DNA from: Eukaryota sp. TZLM1-RC
Taxonomy: Eukaryota > Protista > Metamonada: BaSk clade
Assembly (NCBI GenBank): GCA_040285825.1
Contig: JAUPSS010000005.1
Span: 744,001-808,000 of the forward strand
Length of the DNA stretch: 64,000 nucleotides
Direction: 5' to 3'
Shown here: in pieces, positions 46,105-58,206 of the stretch
How the letters are laid out: each line of letters begins with the position of its first letter
Position numbering within the stretch: position 1 is the stretch's first letter
Notes under the pieces: generated by a model
Databases searched by the model: none
Told to the model about the DNA's origin: nothing
What the model saw: the letters and a program-made list of their open reading frames with translations, nothing else
Program-made: the position numbers and the translations under genes

Positions 46105-49100
46105 ATGAATTCATTGTTCTCTCGTTCTCCAAACAAAGGAGAGGAACTTCGGCTCAACTCGCTCGAGGACGCCGACAACATCGTATGGTTCTTGGACCAA
46201 CTTCTCCTCACATATAGTCTTGAACGTCTCGAGGTCTCAAACCGAGAAGACGAAAACCAAGAAGAAGAAGAAGAAGTGGAAGACGCTGCTTTCACCTCCT
46301 ATGAATCCAACGATGGCTCAGAGACTGAAGACGAAGCGGGTCTCTCTGAATCAGAAGAACTAGTATTTAATGCCTCTGATGAGACCTACCCCAAGGGACT
46401 GAACCTTACACGTCACCTGTCGAACGGCGTACTAAACTATATTTACACCTTCCATCGGAAAGCATTGAAATCGCAAAGAAGCATATTCGATTTCCTAGTC
46501 AAGAAAACGAAGTTTAAAAAAATCGAAGAAGCCCATAGGACTCTGAAGGCCACCTACATCACGAAGAGCTCCGAAGAAATACCCAAACGAGAAGACCTTG
46601 TTATGTATGCTTCAAACTTTCTCATGCTAAAAAGAAGATGCTCCTTACTTGAATTACAAGACGACTACTTCATGACCCGATTTGCCAAAGGCTTAAGAAA
46701 TCAGCAATTCACTCAAGCATTACTGCTCCGTATCGAGGCCAAGTCTGCCCAATGCAAGGACTTCGAAACATTTTTAAGGAAAACCATCGCCGAATATGGT
46801 CGAATCATTGATGCTCAACCCTTTTTGATGAATCCATCTAAAGCCCCCAAAAGGAACACAAGCAGTTCCGAAACAAGGAATTCCGAAACTGACCAAAAAT
46901 CATCAAGAACCTCAAAATTCTGCAACATCTGTAAGAAAAAGGGCCATCTACCATCTGAATGTTGGTTTAAGGACGGTAACTCAAAACCAACTCGACATCG
47001 CTCTTACAATGAAACTGCTCCAGTAATAAACACCATAAATTACTCAGCCTCTGCCTCAAGAAAAAACGAACCCTTTACTGTTCCGGTTACTATACACTCT
47101 AAAACTGTTACTAGTTTGCTTGACACGGGTTCGGATAGAACTTATATCTCACCGAAACTCGTATCTGAACTTCGCTTAAAGACCAGACCGATAACTTGCT
47201 TCGTAAAAGGCATCAACTCCACTTCTCAAGCCCACTATGAATCTCAAGTCTCCTTCGTCATTCAAACTCACTTTCCTGTCGAAATATCCACAATTGCTAT
47301 CATTCATGACATCGATTACGATATAATTTTAGGAAGAAATGTGCTTGTCGAAATTGGTATCCAAACCGCTGACGACCTTTTCTCGTTAATTAGCGATCCA
47401 AATCTTGATGACGATAATGTAACAGTACCCTCCGCACCTTCATTCAATGAGGAACGTATTCCAGAAAGAGACCAGCGACAAGACTGGGAAACTATTCCGG
47501 TTAGCCTAGCTGAAGGAGAAATACATGTAGTACAAAGTATTGTTAAGAAGTACGCTGAAGTATTTGAAGGTGATTCCCATGAGCTCGGTATAGATTCACC
47601 GCCTATGACAATTCCACTTATTGATGAATCGGTGAGAATTACTTCTAAACCACGTTTCCTTCCACCCAGAAAACTCAAAATCGCACATGAAATCTTGGAT
47701 GACTTGGTTTCCAAAGGTGTAGCTCGTTATACACCTGAATCAGACACAAACCAATTCAGGGCTCCTGCTGTACTGCTTGAATATCGCACCAAGAAACCCA
47801 GACTCTGTGGCGATTACACCAAACTAAATGAACAAATAAGATCCGAAACCATCGATTTACCTACATCTGAAGAGATCTTCAACAAAATTGAAGAAGCAAA
47901 CTATATTGGTTTCTTTGATCTTCCTCGAGCCTACTACCAACTACCGGTAGCAAACGAAGACATTGCAAAAACAACCCTTTCGGTACCCGGAAAATCTGTT
48001 CAGTTCCTTCGCTCACCGTTCGGATTGAAAAACCTCCCATCCGTGTTTCAGAGTTTGATGACAAGAATATTTAAGAACGACAACACTGAAATTTACATCG
48101 ATGACTTGATAGTATTGGGTAAGAACTTTGAAGATTTCCTCAAAAACCTAGACGAAACGCTGCATAATGCACGAAAATCTCGAATAAAACTGTCCGCCAA
48201 AAAGTCGCTGATAACACTCAAAACTAACCCCTTTACTCTCTTAGGTGTGATGTTCGAGGACGGACAGAAGAAAATCCATCATGAGAAGGTAGAAGCGATA
48301 CAAAAGTTTCCTCGTCCATACAATAAGAAAACTCTTCGCTCGCTATTAGGTCTTGTAAACTTCGTTAGGGATTTCATTCCCCACTTTGCCTCCATAACTG
48401 CGCCCCTTTATGATTTAACAGCGAAAGACGCAAAATTTCATTTGTCAGAACATCACCTGGACAGCATCCAACGATTGGAAAACGCAGTAACAAAAGCTGT
48501 GCCCCTGAACCTACCAAGCCCTTCAGATCATTTGATTGTAATCACGGATGCTTCAGATGAAGGAATTGGTGGAGCGATTTTCAAGACGTCGAGAACAAGC
48601 TTCGACCCCTCGATACCTCTGAACGAACAAGACCTTGTTCCTTTGTGTTTTCACTCCAAAAAGTTTTTGAAAAGTCAAAAAAACTGGTCTACAAACATCA
48701 AGGAGCTTTATGCCATCGTCAACACTCTCACTCAATGTTCACTTTCTAAGTCCTTACTCAGCAGAAGATTTACTATCCTCACAGACCACAAGAATCTACT
48801 TCACCGTCATAAAAGCTCAAATCCCATGGTACAACGCTGGCTTCCTGTTCTGGGACAATATGAATTCTCAATTCTCCACTTAAAAGGTAAAAACAATGAG
48901 CTTTCTGATTCATTAAGTCGTTGCTTTACGTCGACTTCATATACACCTGTCACACTCCAAGACTTCCTTGTATCTCTCAACACAAACCCAACCCTTGAAG
49001 TTCCAGAGAACCTCAGAAGGGAAATCTTGAAAGCTAGTCATGCGGATCATGCCTCTACTTCTCGAACCTTAGCAGAATTAAAGTCAAAAAAACTTGCATT

Positions 49101-50305
49101 GGAAGACAATGAAGTCAGACGTTGAACAATATGTTCAAGAGTGTGCTGCATGTCAAAAGTCCAAGAAACATGGAAGACCAAGTACAACTAGTTCGGGCAC
49201 ATTATTCTCAGATTTTCCATTTGAATGTATACATATAGATCTTATGGAATTACCTAAAGACGAGCTCGGTTATTCGTATATTCTGGTCTGCGTAGACGCC
49301 TTCACTCGCTTTGCGTTCTTAACCCCTTTGAAGAACAAGTCATCGGAAGTTGTAGCTGACGCCCTCTACAATTCAGTTTTTTCTATTTTTGGATTACCAC
49401 TACGACTTCATTCTGACAATGGTGCAGAGTTTTGTAACCAAATAATGGATATTCTTACGAAGCGTCTGGGAATTGAACAAACACATTCTTATCCACATTG
49501 GCATCAAAGCAATGGACTTGTAGAGCGAAAAAACAGAGACATTCTAGATACACTCCAGAAGTTTTTAGCTGAGAACCCCTCACTAAGATGGTCTGACATG
49601 ATCGCAAGGATACAACTTATTTTGAACAACTCTGTTTGCTCTCGAACTTCATTCACTCCTCATCAACTCATTTTCGGATCTCTCACGAAACCACGACGAA
49701 ATACTTTAGATGTACTACTGCACAAAAGCTCTTGTACTGAGGTCAATAAGTTAGACAAAAGAATGAAAGCAGCTAAGTACTTGGAAAAACTGGATAGTGA
49801 CCTACGAGCTAACGTTATCTCAGCCAATGAGATACAGAAGAGATTTATTCGTAACTTACAAGACGACCATCCAAGGTTCAAAACTAATGATCTGGTCATA
49901 CGTCTGTATGATAAACCGCATAAGCTACGAGTCCATTCTGGACCCTTTCAAGTAAAGGAAGTAATAGGAAACTCGGGATACGTCATAAGAAGCTTCATTG
50001 GTCCGGAAGAGTACAAAGTGTCGGGCCATGAACTCTCATTATTTACACCTAACATCCTAGATGGACATGCAAGACAAGTAGCCGCTAACGATCGCAATGA
50101 AGCAGTAGTTCAAGCGGTGACTGGCCATGAAGAATGACCAGATGGATTGTGGTTCTACGTAACTTTTGCAAATGGGATCTCCCAATTGGAACCGCTAGAT
50201 TCACTTAGAGACAGCTCACGTATCAACGATCAGCTTCTGCACTATGTCAAACAATGTAAGTTGAAGTTACCTCCAAGAAGAAGAAAAAAGGCAGTGAAGC
50301 ATTAG
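46105..50305 (+). CDS. Gag-Pol polyprotein with a +1 frameshift near 49090 and an in-frame TGA at 50135; C-terminal chromodomain-like tail
   Basis: CNICKKKGHLPSEC, LLDTGSD, YIDD, TDASD, H..H..CAAC, HIDL/HSDNG/VERKN, GPFQV. Confidence 0.88.
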
Positions 50306-50388
50306 GTATGATGACGTGTCAACTATTATAATGTTTTATTTGCATAATAAACGTACTTTTCCCGTATTCACTTGTGCACAACCCAACA
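50295..50388 (+). repeat. 3' LTR preceded by a polypurine tract (about 50275-50294)
   Basis: Copy of the 5' LTR with AAGAAGAAGAAAAAAGGCAG immediately upstream. Confidence 0.95.
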
Positions 50389-50842
50389 AGGGTGGCTGGT
50401 GAGGGGGATTTTTATCCACCCTGAAAGACCACCAAATTAAATTAATGGCATTTGTTGGATGGTTTGTTTCAATTCCAAAACTACATTCATCAATTAGATA
50501 TCCACGCTCTGTTTCTATAAAAAAATGTGTAGTGTAGCCCCTGCTTTGGCAGTTATTGATTCACCATTGTAATTCAGGGAAAACTGGGCCAACCAATCTT
50601 TTACTCGTCATGGATACACATCCCGTAGAAACTTAAACAAACAAGGGGCTTCATTTGATGTGATGATACAAAACAGTAATACTTTTTTGACCAATTTGAC
50701 ATTGTCAAAGATCAGAAACACACGAATGAAATTCCGGAAAGTCTGCAGCTTGTATTTGGATTTTGTGGACTTGTATTTGGGTGATTACAGTTATTTTACT
50801 TATATTTTCAAAAATTGTACAATAAATTGAAATCAACTTTTA

Positions 50843-52549
50843 TTAAGAATCAACTCTCTTATATGTTACCTTCTTCCCTCTTTTCTTTTTTTCCTCAACT
50901 TTTTCCACATGATCGGATAGCAAATGATACTTACTTTCAAGGGTTCTAAACACTTTCTTTTTTGACAGTTCCCAAACTAAGAAACTAGATTCTTTGAGTA
51001 ACAAAGTGACTGACAGCAAATCAACAGCTGGCACCACGTCACATCTACTACAACCAACTTGGGCTGAATAGAGTGAAATAAAAGGTAGTGTGGTCGATCT
51101 CATATCATTTAGACCCAACAAAGAGTAATCATCCACATCACCAGTTGCCGAAATCATTGTTGAGGGGTACTTTGATAGGCCTTGTGAAATATTGGAATCT
51201 GGGATTGTAATGGCAATATTGTCATTAATCAAATACTTACAACTTCCTTTTTTGACCGTGCTCGACTCATTATGATTTTTTGATAGGTAAAATAATCGAC
51301 AATCTGATGATGTGATTGATGACCAATCAGGGAGGTTATTGACCCCCCAGTGATTACCTTGATTAGGGTAACCAGACAGTTTATTTACAATCGCTACTAG
51401 AGATTTCCAAATCGAATCATCCAACTTTGTAGTGGGAATACTAAAAATCAACTGAAAATCAGTTCCAAAATTCATGTTTTCATCTTCTTTGCCGTAAAAG
51501 GAACTAAATAATACTGGTATTTTACAAACTACCCTTCCCGAAGACCGGACACAGAGTTCTTTTTCGTTTGATTGGTGAATTGATAGGCAAATGGATGTGG
51601 GATCAGGCATTATAGGCGGTAAAAGTGATTCATCTTCTGTTTCTATTTTTAACTCTCTATATTTGGTAAATTTTTCGTTAAAACCATCGACAACGGAACG
51701 GTCAGGAATGCTAATCATTTTTATTGATTGCGTCACATCATCAACTTCCTTTTTTAACCCTTCCGACTGCAACTCATCTTCCAATTCCTTTTTTTCTAAG
51801 CCAACACCAGGAGAGAATCCTAACAAAAACTTGGATTCTTCCATTCCTTTTGATAGTTCTGTAAATGTGAAATGTCGACGTTGACCGTCATCATCGATCA
51901 AAAATGATTGATCGACACTGTGGAAGACAACTCTACCTGGAAGAGATCGCACCCTGAGACCGCACTCGGTGGTGGGAATCTGGGAAAATAAATGCTTAAG
52001 CAAAGATAGAACTTGAACATGAGAAGAAGTGAGAGCTCTGAAAGGATGGGGGGGTTGATTGGAAGGGGAAGGTATCACCTCATCAATTGTCTTGATGAGG
52101 TGATTTGGATCGGATCCGGCTGATTGTGAAGATAATAATGATGACAACAACTCTTGTAAGGCTGCATTATCCTCTTGCACTGGGTTAGGGTTAGGGTTAG
52201 GGTTAACGGCTTGGAGTACATAGTGTTGGTTGTGGGGAATAATAGGATCTAAGAAAGGGTCATATGGAATGAACCTGAATTTGTGGGCAGAAGCTCCAGG
52301 AACATGAAGGATACGGGTTAGATGTTGTTGGGATAGACGTTGCCAGTCCTGAACGATGCGAAATAAGGCTGTTTGAACACCGTCAACCGGTCCTCGTACA
52401 AGAAGGACTCCTTGTTGAGCGGCATAGTTGACAACAATAGTCGTGTTGGTGTAGTTTTTGAGGTGTTTGACATAAGATCCACCATCACTCAGCATATTTT
52501 GGACAATAGGGATCGGTACTGTTATCTTGCGTTCGATTAGGCGCTGCAT
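50843..52549 (-). CDS. Hypothetical protein with an N-terminal KH-like domain
   Basis: Long ORF; ITVPIPIVQNMLSDGGSYVKHLK...LLVRGPVDGVQTA fits a KH pattern with a degenerate GxxG. The start is placed at the first ATG. Confidence 0.65.
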   Translation of the reverse strand: MQRLIERKITVPIPIVQNMLSDGGSYVKHLKNYTNTTIVVNYAAQQGVLLVRGPVDGVQTALFRIVQDWQRLSQQHLTRILHVPGASAHKFRFIPYDPFLDPIIPHNQHYVLQAVNPNPNPNPVQEDNAALQELLSSLLSSQSAGSDPNHLIKTIDEVIPSPSNQPPHPFRALTSSHVQVLSLLKHLFSQIPTTECGLRVRSLPGRVVFHSVDQSFLIDDDGQRRHFTFTELSKGMEESKFLLGFSPGVGLEKKELEDELQSEGLKKEVDDVTQSIKMISIPDRSVVDGFNEKFTKYRELKIETEDESLLPPIMPDPTSICLSIHQSNEKELCVRSSGRVVCKIPVLFSSFYGKEDENMNFGTDFQLIFSIPTTKLDDSIWKSLVAIVNKLSGYPNQGNHWGVNNLPDWSSITSSDCRLFYLSKNHNESSTVKKGSCKYLINDNIAITIPDSNISQGLSKYPSTMISATGDVDDYSLLGLNDMRSTTLPFISLYSAQVGCSRCDVVPAVDLLSVTLLLKESSFLVWELSKKKVFRTLESKYHLLSDHVEKVEEKKKRGKKVTYKRVDS

Positions 52550-52923
52550 TGGGAGATGGGGGCTTGAGGAAGACAGGTTTTGATGAATAAGCAAAGATTT
52601 CAAGCAAGTCACTGGTTGTGTTTTCACAGTTTATCACCAAGAAATCAATGATTGAGAAGTCATTACTCACGATTTAATATGCATCTGATGTTTACAATAT
52701 TTTGCATTTCCATAAATGAATGTTTATCACCTCATTGTGAAATCATTTAAGTCATTCAAATGTGATTTTATAGTGTTCAACTATTTAATTAAGATTGAAG
52801 TACACTGCCGAATAGAGCCCCACAATAAAGAGCACATTATCAGTTTAGAGGGGCTCATTCAAAAAGGACAAAACACTTAAAACAATAATTAACAATAAGA
52901 AAGAATGTGGAGTCATAGATAAT

Positions 52924-55037
52924 GTTGGTGAATCTCTTTCTCGTTTGCTAGCATCAATTGTCTTCGATCGTGTCAAAGACAAAGCTTCTACATTTTTGAA
53001 TCCTCATCAATTTGGAATCATAACAATTGATGGTGCTTCTGTTGCTGCTATTGCCTCTGATACCTTTTTTAATGCAGAGGAAAATAATATTATTTTTAAT
53101 CTCGACTATAAAAATGCTTTTAATTCTGTAAAGCGAGAAGCAATTTTTGAAGTTATTAAATCTGACTTTCCTGAGCTATCGAGTTTTTTCTACCATTTTT
53201 ATGTTCAAAGAATCAGATTTAATTTTTAATTCATTTGCTCTTAAATCATCTTCTGGAGTGAAGCAGGGAGATCCTTTAGGCCCATTATTGTTTTGTTTAG
53301 CTATTCACAAAACTTTAAATATCATTATGCAAAAATACCCTTCCATAAAAATAGTTGCTTATATGGATGATATATCCTTGATTGGTTCATTTGATTTACT
53401 AGAATTGGTTGCTCAAGAAATTGCCGATTCATATGAAAATATTGGGCTTCATCTTAATGCCAGCAAATGCCTTCTGATTGGCTCTTCTGCTCAAGACCTC
53501 GTGATAAACGATTCTATTGTCCCTTTTACTAATTATAGTAGTGATGCTTTTAAGTTCCTTGGTTGTTGGTTAGGAAATGTGCCTCAAATTCAGAATGAAT
53601 TGCAAGTTATTTTGGAAAAAATGAAAATTGAACTTGATTCAATTTCTTCTTTAGATATAGAAAAGCATATTAAATTTTTCATGCTTAAAATTTGCTACAC
53701 TGGGAGAATAACCCACATTTTGAGATCTTGTGCTCCTTCCATAGCATTAGATTTTTGTCGTTCTTTTAATTCATTGAGAACAGAATTTTTTGCTGATTTA
53801 TTGGATGTAGAACCAGGAATGTTGAAAAGCCATTTATTTTTATCAGCAAATTTGGGGGGTATTGGATTTACTAAATCTTCAATTTTGTGTCAATCTGCAT
53901 TCTTGGGTGGTGGCAAAAATTTTATTTATGAATTTTCTCGTAGATTTCCTGATGATTCTCATCTGTTAGTCCCCAATTGTAGTCCCTATTTGTATGAGTT
54001 ATCTTGTGAACTTGAAAAATTACCGCCACAAATTTGGACCAAATGTTTTCCTCAATCAATTCAAGAAATTCCAAACCGATCTCTATTTAATTTACAGTTT
54101 TGCTGTAAAAAGCTTCAACAAAAATTGTCAAAGATTTTTGAAAGCTTGGATTTTGATGTTAGACTTGGCTTGGCCAAGAAAAAGAATCCCGCTTTTGCAA
54201 ATCTTTTACAAGATATGTGTGACAGTACTTCTTCTGCCTTAGTAACAACAATTCCACAAGTTTATGGTACTCTCTTATCCGATTCTGCTTGGACTCTTAA
54301 TATGAGATTTCGTTCCTCTATCTGGCCTGATAATTTACCTCATAATTTAATTTGTAAATGTTCTCGAGAAATTACAACTACTCATTTGTTAAATTGTAAA
54401 CATTTTATTACTTTTAGAAGCAAAATTCATGATGCTGTAAGAGACCAGTTATATTGTATGTGTAAATCACATAGAATTGAATCCTTCTTGGAACCTCTGT
54501 TGTCAAATCTGTTTGATGCTGAAAATGATTTTCATAAGAATAATAGAGGTGATGTCATATTACCTGGATTAGATGGAAGCTTCATTTTATTGGATGTAAT
54601 GTCTGTTGATCCATGTAATGCCTCAAATGAAAGGCTTGTTAATTCTGAAATTCATAATCCCCTTTCAAATGCTGACAATTTTAAATTCAAAAAATACAAT
54701 GAACCTTTGTCCAAATTGGCCAGTCTACAGCATGCAAAATACAATTTGTATCCATTTGTATTTTCCCTTTTTGGTTCACTTGCACCAACTGCTTTACGTT
54801 TTTTGGATGATTTTGAAATGATTGTAAAGAGAAGAACTGGCAGAAATTTCAACAGATTGTTTTGGCAAAATAGAATTGTGTTTTCTATTTTTAAGGGGAT
54901 GTTGAAGATGGTTTCTGATGCTTTGCTTTCTCTTGGATCTCACTATGAGAGAGTTGCATCTAGTGTTTTTGTTTTGGGAGAGATGGATTTTTTAGATGTT
55001 GATTTATAGGTTTTGAATAAAATTAAATTTAAAAAAA
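52924..55037 (+). mobile_element. RT-RLE non-LTR retrotransposon family D, 5'-truncated
   Basis: DYKNAFNS, GVKQGDPLGP, YMDD, CKC..H..C, RGDV; short A tail; TSD AGTCATAGATAAT at 52911-52923 and 55038-55050. Confidence 0.93.
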
Positions 55038-55539
55038 AGTCATAGATAATACAGCTTCTATTATTGTAAAGCTCAGATTCTTTGTCAGCATGTCGAATTT
55101 TAAACAAGTTATTTTACATAAATGCTACAAAATGAATATAAAATGAGGCTTTATTCGGTAGGGGCTCTCTTTGTTACTTTACTTCATATACTTATTAATT
55201 TAATTGAAATCAGCACAGCTGTTAAAAAAAGGTAGTCCTGGGACGAAAATCAACAGACGTTCATTGCTAATTATTATTTCTTATTGAATTATGCAAAATT
55301 CATTCAATTAAAATCAGAACCAAGGTCAAGTAACAACCAGAAATTTAGCGAACCAAAATTTTTTTATTTTCTCGTCATTGCTTCTCTTTTTTGATATAAG
55401 GATCGGAGGTAATCACTCAGTTATAGCGAAATGAATTTGTGTCTGCAACAAAAAGACATCAAAACTCTTATAATTATAATTATAAATTGTACATGGACAA
55501 TTGAAATTAATTAAAAAGATACAGCAAGTGGTACAAGCG

Positions 55540-56150
55540 TAATTATGTAAGGAAAAAGCAAATGGACAAAGGACATTATGAATGTAAGATTCAGCATTCA
55601 AGGAAACCAACTTTGCTTTATTTTTTTCAATTTTAGAATTTTGGGCAACATATAGCAGATTCCTGTGTTTTCACTGAGCTAATGGTATGAAAGAATTATA
55701 ACACACATCAGTTAATCTCACATCAGTAATGATAGTGGTTCCATCAAGTTTTTCAAGCATTAAATGAACTCTGTTACGACCAAAAGAATTCAAAGTGTCC
55801 TCATCTACCAAACAAGAAAGTAATGCATCCAATTAGGTGACAATTTTGTGAAACTTAGACATACAATAGAGCTGATCTCTAACTGCATCATGGACTTTTG
55901 ATCTAAAAGTAATAAAATGTTTACAATTAAACAAATGATTTGGAAAAATTGTTGATCCAAACCAAATTATGAGGAACTTTATTGGGCCAACTGAAACATC
56001 GGAAGTCGCATTGTACCAACAAATGTGGTATCATCTAGAAGAAGACCATAAATATAAGGAAGTTGAGAAATTACACAAGATGAAGAACTATTTTGAACAT
56101 CTAACAAATAAATTGCGAAAGCGGGATTATCATTTTTAACGAATTAAGAA
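55540..56150 (-). mobile_element. Decayed non-LTR RLE fragment
   Basis: HLFNCKHFITFRSKVHDAVRDQLYC and similarity to 5580-5870. Confidence 0.7.
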
Positions 56151-56289
56151 CAAACTTTTTGGCTAACTTGTGTTGCCGTTAGGCTTTATGCTAGCTGTAT
56201 GTTAGTAGGTGTTGGTGTAAGGCGGGTTAAGATAAAGATAATTTTATTTGATGTCATTCTATATATATACTTAGGTACTCACTAGTGAG

Positions 56290-56990
56290 ATACCTACGCT
56301 ACCTTCCCCCATTTTCTTATTAAATTATTTACAGTTGTTCTTCTGATATTTTTGCGAATAACGCTTTTGCTGAGGCACGGGAAGAGCACGAGGTGCATTG
56401 TTTGATTCAATAGATTTACGTTTTCTTTCAATTGGTTTCTTATTAAATCGTTGATACGCTTCTGAGTATCTGATAGAATAGAGCAGTTCCTCGGTAGTAT
56501 CTCCACCAAACCATCAGAAGGGTCCTTGAGCAGTATTACACTCGTCAAGGGTTTCTTCTTTGACATGTTTACCTGAATCGGTGGCTGCGATGACCCTCAG
56601 TAATCAACATCGTTAGAATCGTCGGCGTTCTAAATTTTACAGTCCCTCTTAGAAATATTTGTTTGTTCACCAGTGGTCAAGTTCTTAATGAATAAGGTGG
56701 AGTTGGAAGGGGTTTCTAAAACCGATATGTGCCTAACCAAGATCCGTGCAATTTATTAGGTTGTTTAGTCTTTCAAAGAATATAATAACCAATATTAAAT
56801 GTGTTTTCATCAGAGTTTTCCGTATGACTGGATATGTTTAATAATTGGTGATGCTCTCCATTTTCCCATTTCTTTTGAAGACGGTCATTCTTAAATTTGA
56901 AATCTTGTAAGTGTGGTACATTGGTTTCAAAATCGAAAATGCCTCCTAGGATGTGAGCAGGATCTGATCTTGGGTCAATATATGACCCCA
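56290..56990 (-). mobile_element. Possible decayed Gypsy integrase C-terminus
   Basis: KQPNKLHGSWLG../LFIKNLTTG resembles the GPY/F region; a purine tract lies at the end. Confidence 0.4.
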
Positions 56991-57169
56991 ACAATGTAAA
57001 TCAATGGACATGTAACATGGAATCATGGACTTGTAAATTAAAAAAAATTAAAATTAAAGAGAACAGTGGTGGTTTGAAAGGTCACCTTGCTTAACTCCAA
57101 AAGATGAGAAAATAGTGTAAGATTTATAACCATAAAATGAAGATGATAATACTTTTGGAAAACACCGTG

Positions 57170-57915
57170 CTGATTAAATTACTCCTGGATTTGATGGTGT
57201 GATCAAAGTTGTTGATGTTGTCACTGTTGATGTTTGTAAAAAGTTAGCAAATGATTTTGCTAAAAAAATGAAACTTCACTTTGTATTGCTGAAAAAAGCA
57301 AAATCAAAAAGTACAATGAACCTTTATCTCAGCTAGGGCGTTTTGAGATGTAAAGTCTCAGCTGGTTCCATTTGGTAACATTGGAATGGAATATCTGGTA
57401 TTAAAATTCTCGCAAGTTTGAGAAGTTTAATACAGAAAAAAGTAGGAAAAGACTTGAACTGTAATTTCTGGCACAATAGAATTGTTTTCAGTATACTCAA
57501 AGCTATTTTCGAAATGATCACCAAAGCAGTGTTACAATTAGAAATAGAGTATGAGAATCGCGCGCTTAAGAGATTTGATGATGTTGGTGCGTGTATTGAG
57601 GATATTGAGTTCTAGTTTTATTAATGATTTGTTGGCGTTAAAAATACAAATATTTGCGTTTAAAATAGGTTCTAAAAAAGATTCGATCTTATAAGACTTT
57701 AACCTACAATAGAGCTAATCACAGCTGCATCATGCACTTTTGATCTAAAAGTAATAAATCGAATACAATTAAATAAATGGGTTGGAGTGACAGACTTTCC
57801 ACATTTACAAATTAAACTATGTGGAAGTTTATAAGGCCAAATAAAAGATCGAAGACGCATAGATAATGAAAAGCAAGGGTCATCTAGAAACAAACCAAAA
57901 ATTCTTGGCACTTGA
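57170..57915. mobile_element. Two head-on non-LTR fragments (57170-57615 +, 57700-57915 -)
   Basis: FWHNRIVFSI...ACIEDIEF (family C-like); MRLRSFIWP...CKC..HLFNC..HDA. Confidence 0.7.
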
Positions 57916-58206
57916 CTGGTACTGCACCTCTGATAGACCTTTGTCTGATCAAGAGCTCCTGCTGGTAGGAGATGCCAAGGTCTCTTTTAGTACCTGTGAA
58001 GTAATCTCCCTAATGATAGCTTCGCTGTGTACAACAGTTTCGGCATCATTATAATAGGGTTTTGAAATTTCCGAGTCCCACCGTTGTAGAGAGAAGTGTC
58101 TAGTTTGTGTTTTTGTTTTAGCTTTGAGAAAGGAGTGTTAAATCTAATTCTTGGTATTTAAAGGCCGAAAAAGTAAATAACAATACCAATATTTCCTCTT
58201 TTCCCA

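Larger units (their letters stand above)
46011..50388 (+). mobile_element. Ty3/Gypsy LTR retrotransposon, 4378 bp
   Basis: 94-bp TG..CA LTRs, 5-bp TSD AGGGT (46006-46010, 50389-50393), domain order gag(CCHC)-PR-RT-RH-IN. Confidence 0.96.

Noticed and set aside
49085-49095. AAAAAAC as a programmed -1 frameshift site
   Set aside because: The shift needed is +1, and similar single-base homopolymer slips occur elsewhere (about 27660), pointing to error or mutation.
52182-52205. (GGGTTA)4 telomere-like tract, also CCCTAA-like at about 60320-60342
   Set aside because: Both lie in coding frames encoding NPNP low-complexity peptides and are too short to call interstitial telomeres.
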